64,000 bases of DNA from a bacterium. GTDB lineage: Archaea > Thermoplasmatota > E2 > JACPAO01 > JAHFTW01. The translations under genes were made by a program, and so were the position numbers. The stretch's first letter is position 1. Every line of letters begins with the position of its first letter. Of the stretch, positions 1-8,681 are shown in pieces. The notes beneath the pieces are model-generated. The model did not search any database. It was not told the origin of the DNA and was given only the letters and a program-made list of their open reading frames with translations. The stretch lies in the NCBI GenBank assembly GCA_040390065.1, contig JAZJZE010000002.1, forward strand, positions 38,813-102,812. The letters run 5' to 3'.

Positions 1-630
1 CGGGCTTGATCCGATGGCTCGCGTTGCGCCGGCGCCCGGCGTCGTCACCACGAGGTCCGCCATCGCCGTCGGGGTCGTCATGGCCGCAGAGAACACGGTC
101 GCCGCCGTGTGGCGACTGTCCTTGTGGAACTGGGGCCACGCCGCGCCGCTTTGCACGTCGAACGGTGCGCTGGCCACCGACGTCAGGCCGGCGGCGGTCG
201 CCGTCAGGACGTATCCTTTGCCGATGGTGTCGATGCGCACGTTGCTAAACGTCGCGATGCCGCTTACGAGGCTGGCCGTGACCGTGCTCTGTTTCCCGGC
301 GACGGGGCCCTGCAGAAGGACGCCGCATGGGCGCGCCGGCGGGCCGGCGGTGGGACACGGGGGCCACGTCGTGATGGCGAGCGTCACGGTGCCGGAGGCG
401 CCGGCGTCGACCGCGTTGGAACCATCGACGGCTGCGACCTGGATGGCGGGCGTGAAGGCTTCGCCGGCACCGACGTTGGCGGGGGGGACTGTGAACTTGA
501 GGCTGACGGCCCCTGCGGCCTGCGCGGGCGGAACGGCGAAGAGGCCGGCGACGAAGAGGACTGCGAGGAGCAGGGACGCCGTGCGCGAGCGAGACCTTGG
601 ACTACCTTGACCGTCGAACGCGACCACCAT
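1..630 (-). CDS. Secreted/surface protein, N-terminal part (Ig-like domain followed by the start of a PQQ-like beta-propeller); runs off the window
   Basis: Read manually (absent from the ORF track): ATG at 630, MVVAFDGQGSPRSRSRTASLLLAVLFVAGLFAVPPAQA (signal peptide), Ig-like GIATFSNVRIDTIGKGYVLTATA, then WPQFHKDSRHT typical of PQQ/BamB-like propeller N-termini; frame open to base 1. Confidence 0.7.
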   Translation of the reverse strand, partial: MVVAFDGQGSPRSRSRTASLLLAVLFVAGLFAVPPAQAAGAVSLKFTVPPANVGAGEAFTPAIQVAAVDGSNAVDAGASGTVTLAITTWPPCPTAGPPARPCGVLLQGPVAGKQSTVTASLVSGIATFSNVRIDTIGKGYVLTATAAGLTSVASAPFDVQSGAAWPQFHKDSRHTAATVFSAAMTTPTAMADLVVTTPGAGATRAIGSSP

Positions 631-726
631 TGGATGCCACCGAGCCCTTCCGGGGAAGGGTACCTCGGACCTAGTTTGGCCCTACTTAGGCTTTCCGGCC
701 ATTGCGTCGCTCGAATCGCATCGAAA

Positions 727-2079
727 CTATTGCGGTCGCACGGGCGGCTTGGGGCGCATGGCCAAGGCCACGACTGCGACCAGGGCCGCGATGGCGAGGG
801 CTCCGACGAGGACGCCGACTCCCCACAGCATGTTGGTGGCGGCCGTGTTTGGCGCCGGCGCGGGTTGGTTGCCCCCGGCCGCGCTCGTATCCCTTACGTG
901 GCCGGCGCCGCCAGCCGATGCAGGCGTGCCGTAGATATTGTCGAAGTCGCACGCGTCGCCGATGCCGTCCTTGTCGGAGTCCGCCTGGTCCGGATTGGAC
1001 ACGGATGGGCAGTTGTCCGTGTAGGTGCTGGAGATGCCGTCGTCGGCGATGGCCTGGTTGGGCACGCCGTCGCCGTCGATGTCGTCGTCGCACAGGTCGC
1101 CGTGGGTGTCCTCGTCGACGTTCGTCTGGGCGTTGTTGGCCTTGTCGGGGCAGTTGTCCGAGGCGTCCGGCACGCCGTCGAAGTCGCGGTCCGGCTGTTG
1201 CTGCGGCGGTGGCGTCGGGGGCGGCGTCTCGCCAGCGGGCGGAGCGGCCGTGTCGTCGTCGCACGCGTCGCCCACGTTGTCACGGTCGGCATCGTCCTGG
1301 TCGTGGTTCGGCATGGCGGGGCAGTTGTCGGCGACGTCGATGACGCCGTCCTGGTCGGTGTCCTGGCCGTCGGCGCCGTCGAAGGGCGTGCAGGAGATGT
1401 TGATGTCGTCGAGGAGCGGGCCCTTGTTGTCGCTGCTGGACGGTGGCTGCGGCGCCGCCTGGAATCCGAGATAGTACGTGCCTTGGTCCGTGACCGTGTA
1501 CACCGGCGTCTTGAACGTGGTCCAGACGGTGTTGGAGCTCACGGCCTGGCTGAAGGGCGAGGGCCCCCAGCTGTTGGTGGGCAACGGCCGCGTCAAGGTC
1601 GTCGGGGCCGGGATTAGATAGGCAAGGACAGTGTCCGCCGTTGCCGAGCGCTGCGGACCCGCAAGCGAGAAGGTGAGCGTGTAGTTGCCCGGCGACAGGA
1701 ACATCGTGTGGTAGAAGAAGCCGGCCCGGAACGTCTGGCCGTCGAGCTCGACGAAGGAGCCCATGGTCTTGGTGGCAAACCCTGCGCCCGGGGCCGTGAA
1801 GACCGGGTCGTTGGGGCTGGTGAAGAAGTCGACGGTGCCGTCGAAGACCTTCCAGTTGCGCCACGTCGTGGCCTTGTTCACTTCGCTGGTCTGCGACGTG
1901 CCGCTCTGGATGCGGTCGCCATCGAAATTGTCGTGGAACGTGGCGAAGCCTTCGCAGCCGCGCGCCTGCGCGACGGCGCCGTGCGGCACGACCAGCATGC
2001 CGATGGCCAGCACCGCCACGACGAGGCACGAACGGGAGAGAGACAGTCCACCCACGCCCTTCACATTTCGGCCAGGCAT
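727..2079 (-). CDS. Surface protein: DUF642-like jelly-roll domain, thrombospondin type-3 Ca-binding repeats, C-terminal TM anchor
   Basis: Signal peptide; NWKVFDGTVDF...VELDG...YTLTFSLAG...DNKGPLLDDINI; four DNCP...N..Q.D.D.D..GD.CD repeats; hydrophobic C-terminus then MRPK. Start may instead be a GTG a few codons downstream. Confidence 0.8.
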   Translation of the reverse strand: MPGRNVKGVGGLSLSRSCLVVAVLAIGMLVVPHGAVAQARGCEGFATFHDNFDGDRIQSGTSQTSEVNKATTWRNWKVFDGTVDFFTSPNDPVFTAPGAGFATKTMGSFVELDGQTFRAGFFYHTMFLSPGNYTLTFSLAGPQRSATADTVLAYLIPAPTTLTRPLPTNSWGPSPFSQAVSSNTVWTTFKTPVYTVTDQGTYYLGFQAAPQPPSSSDNKGPLLDDINISCTPFDGADGQDTDQDGVIDVADNCPAMPNHDQDDADRDNVGDACDDDTAAPPAGETPPPTPPPQQQPDRDFDGVPDASDNCPDKANNAQTNVDEDTHGDLCDDDIDGDGVPNQAIADDGISSTYTDNCPSVSNPDQADSDKDGIGDACDFDNIYGTPASAGGAGHVRDTSAAGGNQPAPAPNTAATNMLWGVGVLVGALAIAALVAVVALAMRPKPPVRPQ

Positions 2080-2120
2080 ATGAGGCTTGTCTGCGGACCC
2101 CTGGAGGGCCGCGGTGCTCG

Positions 2121-4562
2121 CTACTCGGGGCGCATGCGGCGCCGCAGCAGCAGCATCAGGAGGCCAACCGTCAGGACGGCTCCGACGACCGCCATCGTTG
2201 CGGCCGTCGTCCAGGACATGCCGGCGACACCTTGCGTGGCCGATGCGCCCACCGGGGAAGCATCGCGCGCCGAGCCACCGGAGGACAAGTAGGAGCACTC
2301 GTCACCGACGCCGTCGTTGTTGGAGTCGAGTTGATCCGGGTTGGCGTACCATGGGCAGTTGTCGAGGAAGGCCCCTGTCGGGCCCGAGTTGCGGACCCCG
2401 TCGCCATCGATGTCGATGTCGCAGACGTCGCCCTTGCGGTCGGCGTCCATGTCAGCCTGATCGTGGTTGGGCGTGCTCTGGCAGTCGTCGGCCACGTCGG
2501 GGACACCGTCATGGTCCGCATCCGGCAGGGGCACGACCACGGGCGTCTCGGTGACTGGGGCCCATTCTGTGACCGGGGCCTCGACCGTGCATGCATCGCC
2601 CATGCCATCGCCGTTCGTGTCGGCCTGGTCGAAGTTGGCAACGGACGGGCAGTTGTCGGACAAGTCAGGGATGCCGTCGAGGTCGCTGTCGAGCGACACG
2701 CCGAAGGGCCAGCGGAGGGACGGGTCGTTGTGCTTCGTGCCCGTGAAGCCGTCGCACGAAGAGTCCTGGCGGATGGGCACGATGGCCGTCGCCGTCGACT
2801 GCAGGCCGGAATTGTAGTAGCTGCTGAGGCCGTTGAAGTCGGTGACGGTCACGGTGACCGTGTAGATGCCTTCCTTGGAGAAGACGTGCGGCACGAAGGC
2901 GTACTGGTTGTACCAGTCATAGGGATGCGCAAACCAGCGGCCCTGCACGACGTTGAGGGCACCACTGCCCGGGTCGCCGAAGTTCCACTTGGCCCACTTG
3001 AAGTCCGCTTCGCCCACGATGGAGTCGCGAGCGTCGAACCAGATGGGGTAGTTGGGACACGTGAAGGCGTACGTCGGCTGCAGGACGGCTTGCGGCTTGC
3101 ACTTGCCGAACCACGTGATCTTGTCCGAGATGGGGCCGTCCGGGGGCGCAGTCACGGGGATGCCGTCGACGAGTCCGCCGAAGAGGTATGCGCTGCATCC
3201 CGTCGAGATGGCGGTTGTGCCGACGAAGCCGCCGCGGCTGTAGTCGTCGGCCTTGGTCGGGCTGCCGGCTCCCGTCGGCATTCCGGAGGCGAAGACCGGC
3301 GCAACGGTCGGCGTCGTGGGATCGTAGCGGTAGACCAGGTTCTTGAACGGCCCGCCGTTGAAGATGAAGATGTAGCGGCCGTCGTAGACGGCGGAAAGCG
3401 AACCGCACAGTGGCGTGAAGTTCTGCTGGTAGATCGTGGTCACTCCCGTGGACGGGGTGAACTTCATGATGGAGCACTCCGGAACGGGGCAGGGGCCGAC
3501 CGTGGGGCAGAGCGGGCTGTAGACGCAGGCGCCGTTCGAGACCTCGGTCGGCGTGCTGCAGGCGACGTCGTCGAGCCAGGTGCCGCCGAAGAGGTAGATG
3601 TCGGAGCCCACCGTGACGGCCTCCATGTCGTAGCGCTTGCCTTCCGGTGTGATGGAGCCGGCGGTGTTGGGCGGCAGCGGGTTCGGGTTCAACGACACGG
3701 TGCAGGATGCCGGGTCGAAGCGGTAGATCTCGTTGGACGTGTGCAGGCTGAACGGGACCAGGTTGCCGTCGCCTTCCAGGTAGCGGCCGCCGAAGACGTA
3801 GGCGGCACCTTCGGCCCAGGCCCCGGCCATGTAGTCGAACTGCCGCGGCAGGACGCAGTTCATCGTGGTGACCAACTGCGATGGCGGGTAGAAACTGTAG
3901 ATTTCGTTGTTGAGGGCGCCGCCATTCGTGCCAGCGAACGTGTACGCCATGTCGAGGTCGGGGTCGTACGCGAGGGCCTGGCGACCGAGGGGCTTCGGCA
4001 GGCTGTTGGCCGGGTTGATCTCGCCGCCCGGGGCGTTGGGGGTGTACGGGATGCCCGGCGAGGGACCGAACGTTGGGCCTTGGGGCATGCCGCGGCTGAA
4101 CTTGGTGATGCTGGAGAGTTCCGTGCCGCCCAGGTCCTTGACACCGCCCAACACGTAGGCGTCCGTGCCGTCCCAGAATGACGTCGCCTCCATGACTTGG
4201 TCGGGGAGCACGACGGGGATGGGCGTCGGCGTGTCAGGCGTCGGCCCAGGGCCGGGCGGGCCGCAGAGGTCCAGGTTGGGAGCGGTGACGGGGTCGGGTG
4301 AGATGATGGTGGGCTCGACCGGGCCCGGCATGCCGATCATTTGGTCGCAGTATTCCTGGTGGACGACGAGTTGCACGCCGTACGTGGGCGACGTGTTCCA
4401 GAAGCCGCTCCATGGGTTGGACGGGGGGAAGCCTTGCTGGGTGGGGACGCACCCTGGGTTGGCGTACGTGCACGGGTCGATGACGGCCTGGCCCGGGATG
4501 GGGACGAGAGCGACAAGCAGGACTGCGGCGGCGAGTTTCAACGTCAGGGCTGGAACGGACAT
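2121..4562 (-). CDS. Kelch-repeat + PKD + thrombospondin type-3 repeat surface protein (paralogue A)
   Basis: Kelch YVLGG/YVFGG/YLFGG blades; PKD WNFGD...HVFSKEGIYTVTVTVTD; DNCP/DDC TSP3 repeats; TM helix + RRRMR tail. Confidence 0.85.
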   Translation of the reverse strand: MSVPALTLKLAAAVLLVALVPIPGQAVIDPCTYANPGCVPTQQGFPPSNPWSGFWNTSPTYGVQLVVHQEYCDQMIGMPGPVEPTIISPDPVTAPNLDLCGPPGPGPTPDTPTPIPVVLPDQVMEATSFWDGTDAYVLGGVKDLGGTELSSITKFSRGMPQGPTFGPSPGIPYTPNAPGGEINPANSLPKPLGRQALAYDPDLDMAYTFAGTNGGALNNEIYSFYPPSQLVTTMNCVLPRQFDYMAGAWAEGAAYVFGGRYLEGDGNLVPFSLHTSNEIYRFDPASCTVSLNPNPLPPNTAGSITPEGKRYDMEAVTVGSDIYLFGGTWLDDVACSTPTEVSNGACVYSPLCPTVGPCPVPECSIMKFTPSTGVTTIYQQNFTPLCGSLSAVYDGRYIFIFNGGPFKNLVYRYDPTTPTVAPVFASGMPTGAGSPTKADDYSRGGFVGTTAISTGCSAYLFGGLVDGIPVTAPPDGPISDKITWFGKCKPQAVLQPTYAFTCPNYPIWFDARDSIVGEADFKWAKWNFGDPGSGALNVVQGRWFAHPYDWYNQYAFVPHVFSKEGIYTVTVTVTDFNGLSSYYNSGLQSTATAIVPIRQDSSCDGFTGTKHNDPSLRWPFGVSLDSDLDGIPDLSDNCPSVANFDQADTNGDGMGDACTVEAPVTEWAPVTETPVVVPLPDADHDGVPDVADDCQSTPNHDQADMDADRKGDVCDIDIDGDGVRNSGPTGAFLDNCPWYANPDQLDSNNDGVGDECSYLSSGGSARDASPVGASATQGVAGMSWTTAATMAVVGAVLTVGLLMLLLRRRMRPE

Positions 4563-4611
4563 CAGGAGGACTCCCACCGGCGATTCTCGCCAGAGAAGGA
4601 CCGCCCAGGTC

Positions 4612-4633
4612 CCTATTTACGGTTTTTGGGCCG
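4612..4633 (-). promoter_or_regulatory. Putative BRE/TATA promoter of paralogue A, conserved upstream of paralogue B (7163-7184)
   Basis: Minus strand CGGCCCAAAAACCGTAAATAGG versus CGGTCCAGAAACCGCAAATAGG (19/22 identical), about 46-50 nt upstream of each ATG. Confidence 0.55.
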
Positions 4634-4651
4634 TCTCCTTCGGGCGCGTCC

Positions 4652-7117
4652 CTACGTCTTGCCCTTGTCGCCCTTCATCGGGCGGCGCAGCACCAGGAGC
4701 AGGAGCGCCGCCGTTCCGAGCGCAGCCAGCACCGCCATCGTGGCCGCCGACGACCATGGCAGGCCGCCGGCCCGCTCGGCCGCATTGCCTGCGGCGGAGC
4801 CCGCGCGCACGGCACTGCCGGGCGAGTCGATGTACGAGCATTCGTTGCCGACGCCGTCGTTGTTGGAGTCGAGCTGGTCGGGGTTCGGGTACCATGGGCA
4901 GTTGTCCAGGAACGCCCCCGCGGGGCCCGAATTGCGAACGCCGTCGCCATCGATGTCGATGTCGCAGACGTCGCCCTTGCGGTCCGTGTCCATGTCGGCT
5001 TGGTCGTGGTTGGGCGTGCTTGCGCAGTCGTCGGCCACGTCGGGGATGCCGTCATGGTCGGCGTCCGGTAGCGGGATGACTTGCTCCTCCGGCGCCGTGG
5101 TGACGACCGGCGGCGGCACGGTTTCGGCAGTGCACGCGTCGCCCATGCCGTCGCCGTTGCCGTCGGCTTGGTCGTTGTTGGCAACGGAGGGGCAATCGTC
5201 GGAAAGGTCCGGGATGCCGTCGAGGTCGCTGTCGAGCGACACGCCGAAGGGCCAGGTCAGAAGCGGGTCGTGGTGCTTGGTGCCCGTGAATCCGTCGCAC
5301 GTTGAGTCCTGAACGATTGGCACGGTGGCGGTCGCCGTCGCCTTGAAGCCGGAGGTCAGCACGCTGCTCAGGCCGTTGAGGTCCGTGATGGTCACGGTGA
5401 CGGTGTAGATGCCGGGGTTCGCGTAGACGTGCGAGACGAAGGCGTACTGGTTGTACCAGTCGTACGGGTGGTCGAACCAGCGGCCCTGGATCGGGTTCGT
5501 GGCGCTCGGGCCATCGCCGAAGTCCCATTTTGCCCACTTGAAGTCGGCTTCGCCCACGATGGAGTCGCGAGCGTCGAACCAGATGGGATAGTTGGGGCAC
5601 GTGAAGGCGTAGGTCGGCTGCAGGATGGCTTGCGGCTTGCACTTGCCGAACCACGTGATCTTGTCCGAGATGGGGCCGTCCGGCGGGGCGGTCACGGGGA
5701 TGCCGTCGACCAAGCCGCCAAACAGGTAGCCGCTGCAGCCGGTGCTGATGGCCGAGACGCCGACGAAGCCGCCGCGCATGTAGTCGTTCGTCTTGAGCGG
5801 GTTGCCGGTGCCAACGGGGAGGCCGGCGATGAAGGTGGGATTGACAAACGGCGTCGTCGGGTCGTACCGGTACGCGCTGCCGCCGGCGAAGACGTAGATG
5901 TAGCGGCCATCGTAGATGCTCGAGAGCGAACCGCACAACTGCGGGAAGTACGGGTTGATCATGGTCGTGACGCCCGTCGACGGCGTGAACTTCATGATTG
6001 AGCACTGCGGCACGGGGCACGGCACGTTGGGCGCCGACGTCGGGCACAGCGGGTTGTAGATGCACGCGCCGCTCGAGATCTCCGTGGGCGTGCTGCACGC
6101 CACGTCCTCCAAGTACGTCCCGCCGAAGAGGAAGATGTCGCTGCCGGTGCTTTGCGCCTCCAGGTCGTAGCGCTTTCCTTCCGTCGTCGGGTTGGGGGTC
6201 GGCGCCACCGTCGGCGGCAACGGGTTCGGGCTGAGGGACACCGTGCACGTGGCCGGGTCGAACCGGTAGATTTCGTTTGACGTGTGCAGGCTGAAGGGCA
6301 CGGTGTTGCCGTCGCCTTCGAGGTAGCGGCCGCCGAAGAGATAGGCCGCACCGTCGGCCCACGCGCCGGCCATGTAGTCGAACTGCCGCGGCAGCACGCA
6401 GTTCATGGTCGAGACGAGAAGCGATGGCGGGTAGAAGCTGTAGATTTCGTTGTTGAGTGCGCCGGCGTTCGTGCCGCCGAAGGTGTACACTGTGTCCAGG
6501 TTGGGATCGTACGCCAGGGCCTGGCGACCGAGGGGATGGGGCAACGAGGCCACCGTCTGAATCTCGCCGCCTGGCGCATTCGGGACCCAGGGTCCGCCGT
6601 TGGGGCCGAACGGTCCCAGGGGCATGCCTTGGCTGAAGCGGGTAATGTCGGACACTTCCGTGCCGGCCAGATCCTTGACGCCACCGATCACGTAGGCGTC
6701 CTTGCCGTCCCAGAACGCGGTCGTCTCCATCAGCTGGCTCGGCAGCAGGACCGGCAGCGGCTCCGGCGTGTCAGGGCAGATGCACGGAGGGCTCGGGATG
6801 CCGCTCGGTGCGGCGCATGCGACATAGTTCGGGTCGGTGATGGGATCGGGCGACAGGATGAGCGGCTCGGCGCCGGGCGTCATGCCGAGCATCTGGTCGC
6901 AGATGTCCTGGTGCACGACGAGCTGCGTGCCGTAGGTTGGCGACCTGTTCCAGAAGCCGGCCCAGCCGTTGGATGGGGCAAAGCCGTTGTTGCCGGCGGG
7001 CACGCAGCCGGAGCTGTCGATGGTGCAGCGGTCGATGATGGCCGACGCCGGCATCGGCACGAGGAGGCCCACGAGAAGGGCGATGGCGGCTTTGGACGCA
7101 AGCGATTGGACGGACAT
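4652..7117 (-). CDS. Kelch-repeat + PKD + thrombospondin type-3 repeat surface protein (paralogue B)
   Basis: Colinear with 2121..4562 over its whole length; WDFGDG PKD motif; TSP3 repeats; TM + RRPMK tail. Confidence 0.85.
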   Translation of the reverse strand: MSVQSLASKAAIALLVGLLVPMPASAIIDRCTIDSSGCVPAGNNGFAPSNGWAGFWNRSPTYGTQLVVHQDICDQMLGMTPGAEPLILSPDPITDPNYVACAAPSGIPSPPCICPDTPEPLPVLLPSQLMETTAFWDGKDAYVIGGVKDLAGTEVSDITRFSQGMPLGPFGPNGGPWVPNAPGGEIQTVASLPHPLGRQALAYDPNLDTVYTFGGTNAGALNNEIYSFYPPSLLVSTMNCVLPRQFDYMAGAWADGAAYLFGGRYLEGDGNTVPFSLHTSNEIYRFDPATCTVSLSPNPLPPTVAPTPNPTTEGKRYDLEAQSTGSDIFLFGGTYLEDVACSTPTEISSGACIYNPLCPTSAPNVPCPVPQCSIMKFTPSTGVTTMINPYFPQLCGSLSSIYDGRYIYVFAGGSAYRYDPTTPFVNPTFIAGLPVGTGNPLKTNDYMRGGFVGVSAISTGCSGYLFGGLVDGIPVTAPPDGPISDKITWFGKCKPQAILQPTYAFTCPNYPIWFDARDSIVGEADFKWAKWDFGDGPSATNPIQGRWFDHPYDWYNQYAFVSHVYANPGIYTVTVTITDLNGLSSVLTSGFKATATATVPIVQDSTCDGFTGTKHHDPLLTWPFGVSLDSDLDGIPDLSDDCPSVANNDQADGNGDGMGDACTAETVPPPVVTTAPEEQVIPLPDADHDGIPDVADDCASTPNHDQADMDTDRKGDVCDIDIDGDGVRNSGPAGAFLDNCPWYPNPDQLDSNNDGVGNECSYIDSPGSAVRAGSAAGNAAERAGGLPWSSAATMAVLAALGTAALLLLVLRRPMKGDKGKT

Positions 7118-7273
7118 GGCGGACCCCGGTGGCACGTTGGCCTAGTTGGCAACCCCCTGGCGCCTATTTGCGGTTTCTGGACCGAACACTGAGCCGCCAA
7201 GCCGCCTCCCGGCCCCGCCCATATTCGTTATCTAGGGGGTGGCTCTGGCGCGAAACATCCTGGTGACTGGACC

Positions 7274-8323
7274 ATGAGCGAGCCCACCGCAGTGGCCTCG
7301 GTCGCGCACGACGGTGCGCCCCCGGAGCCCGCCCCGAACCCCCCGATGGACGCCCCCGAGCCCGAGATGCAGGCCCCGGCCGTCCCCGAAGGCGCCTCCC
7401 CCGTGGATGCCGATGCCCCCGCCGAGCTCGCCCCGGCACCGCCCGTGCCGAACCCGAACGGCCCCAAGCCCGGCATGAAGAAGGAAGAGTTGCAGAACCG
7501 CGCCAACCTCCTGCGCCGCGAACGCGACCGCCTCAACGACGACGCCCGCAAGCACGCGGAAGAGCGCGACGGATTCAACGCGCAAGTGCGCGGACTCGTC
7601 AACGAAGCCAACGAGCACAAGAAGCGCCGCGACGAACTGAACGAAGGCGTCAAGCGCGCGAAGGAGGCCCGCGACGAGGCCAACCGCATCGCGGACGAGG
7701 CGGGCAAGGGCGCCGACCAACTGCGCCGCGAGCGCATGCCGGAAGGCGACGCAACCCTCACGGTCGCGAAACTCAAGAAGGAGGCCAAGCAGCTGGAATT
7801 CCAGCAGATGACCTCCGTCCTCACCGTCACCAAGGAGAAGGCCCTCATGGAGCGCCTCAAGGAGATCGGCAAGCAGATCCGCGAGAAGGAGAAGACGCTG
7901 CGCGCCGACCCCGAACTCAAGGCCGCGCTCGAAAAGGCCGAGGAACTGAAGGAGAAGGCAGAGAAGTCGCACGCCAAGGTCGGCGAGATGGCCGAGAAGG
8001 CGCAAGGCGAACACGACGCCATGATCAAGCTCTACAAGCAGTCTGACAAACTGCGAAAGACTGCGGACAAGCTGCAGGAACGCTTCGTCATCAGCAAGAT
8101 GGAAGCGGACAAGATCCACAAGACGTACATCGAGTTCGTGAACGCCATCCACGAGATCGAAGACCAGGCCGCCACGTCAGGCGCCCCCCCGGGCTCGAGC
8201 CGCGCCGAGGCCAACCAAGCCCGCAGCGAGGCCGCCGCAGAACTCGTGTTCCAGAAGTTCAAAGCCGGCGAGAAGTTGTCGACCGAGGACTTGCTGACAC
8301 TGCAGAAGGCTGGGCTCCTCTAG
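7274..8323 (+). CDS. Archaeal coiled-coil protein (COG1340-like) with Pro/Ala/Glu-rich N-terminal extension
   Basis: Long heptad K/E-rich helix; LEFQQMTSVLT..KEK.L; C-terminal FQKFKAGEKLSTEDLLTLQKAG characteristic of this family. Confidence 0.8.
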   Translation: MSEPTAVASVAHDGAPPEPAPNPPMDAPEPEMQAPAVPEGASPVDADAPAELAPAPPVPNPNGPKPGMKKEELQNRANLLRRERDRLNDDARKHAEERDGFNAQVRGLVNEANEHKKRRDELNEGVKRAKEARDEANRIADEAGKGADQLRRERMPEGDATLTVAKLKKEAKQLEFQQMTSVLTVTKEKALMERLKEIGKQIREKEKTLRADPELKAALEKAEELKEKAEKSHAKVGEMAEKAQGEHDAMIKLYKQSDKLRKTADKLQERFVISKMEADKIHKTYIEFVNAIHEIEDQAATSGAPPGSSRAEANQARSEAAAELVFQKFKAGEKLSTEDLLTLQKAGLL

Positions 8324-8681
8324 GGCAGCGCGACGCCATCGACCTGGGCGGCCGGGCCGAACGGGAGTCGGGCGGAGAAGACGAAACGATTCATCTTCGC
8401 GCCACGTGGTTCCGGTACTCCCTCGCATCCCGAGCGCGCCAACCCACGGGACGCACTGAGGTCACGGACAACGCCGTACCGGCCGCATCGGCGCACTCGG
8501 CGGCTTGGGACGAGCCGAAACCAACCACGCGGCCATCTCCTTGCCGTAGCCGTGCGACGCGACCTCACTGCCCCGCATTGGCTCGCCTTGACCGATGCCG
8601 TTCGCGCGCCGCCACGAACCGCCGATGGCGCGGATGCCGCGGATCGACGCAGCATTTGGCTGGTCGCATGCCGTCGCTTGA

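Noticed and set aside
2121-7117. Diversity-generating retroelement template/variable repeat pair, or galactose oxidase
   Set aside because: Both copies are full genes, differences are not adenine-specific and no reverse transcriptase is present; I could not identify a copper-radical oxidase ligand set
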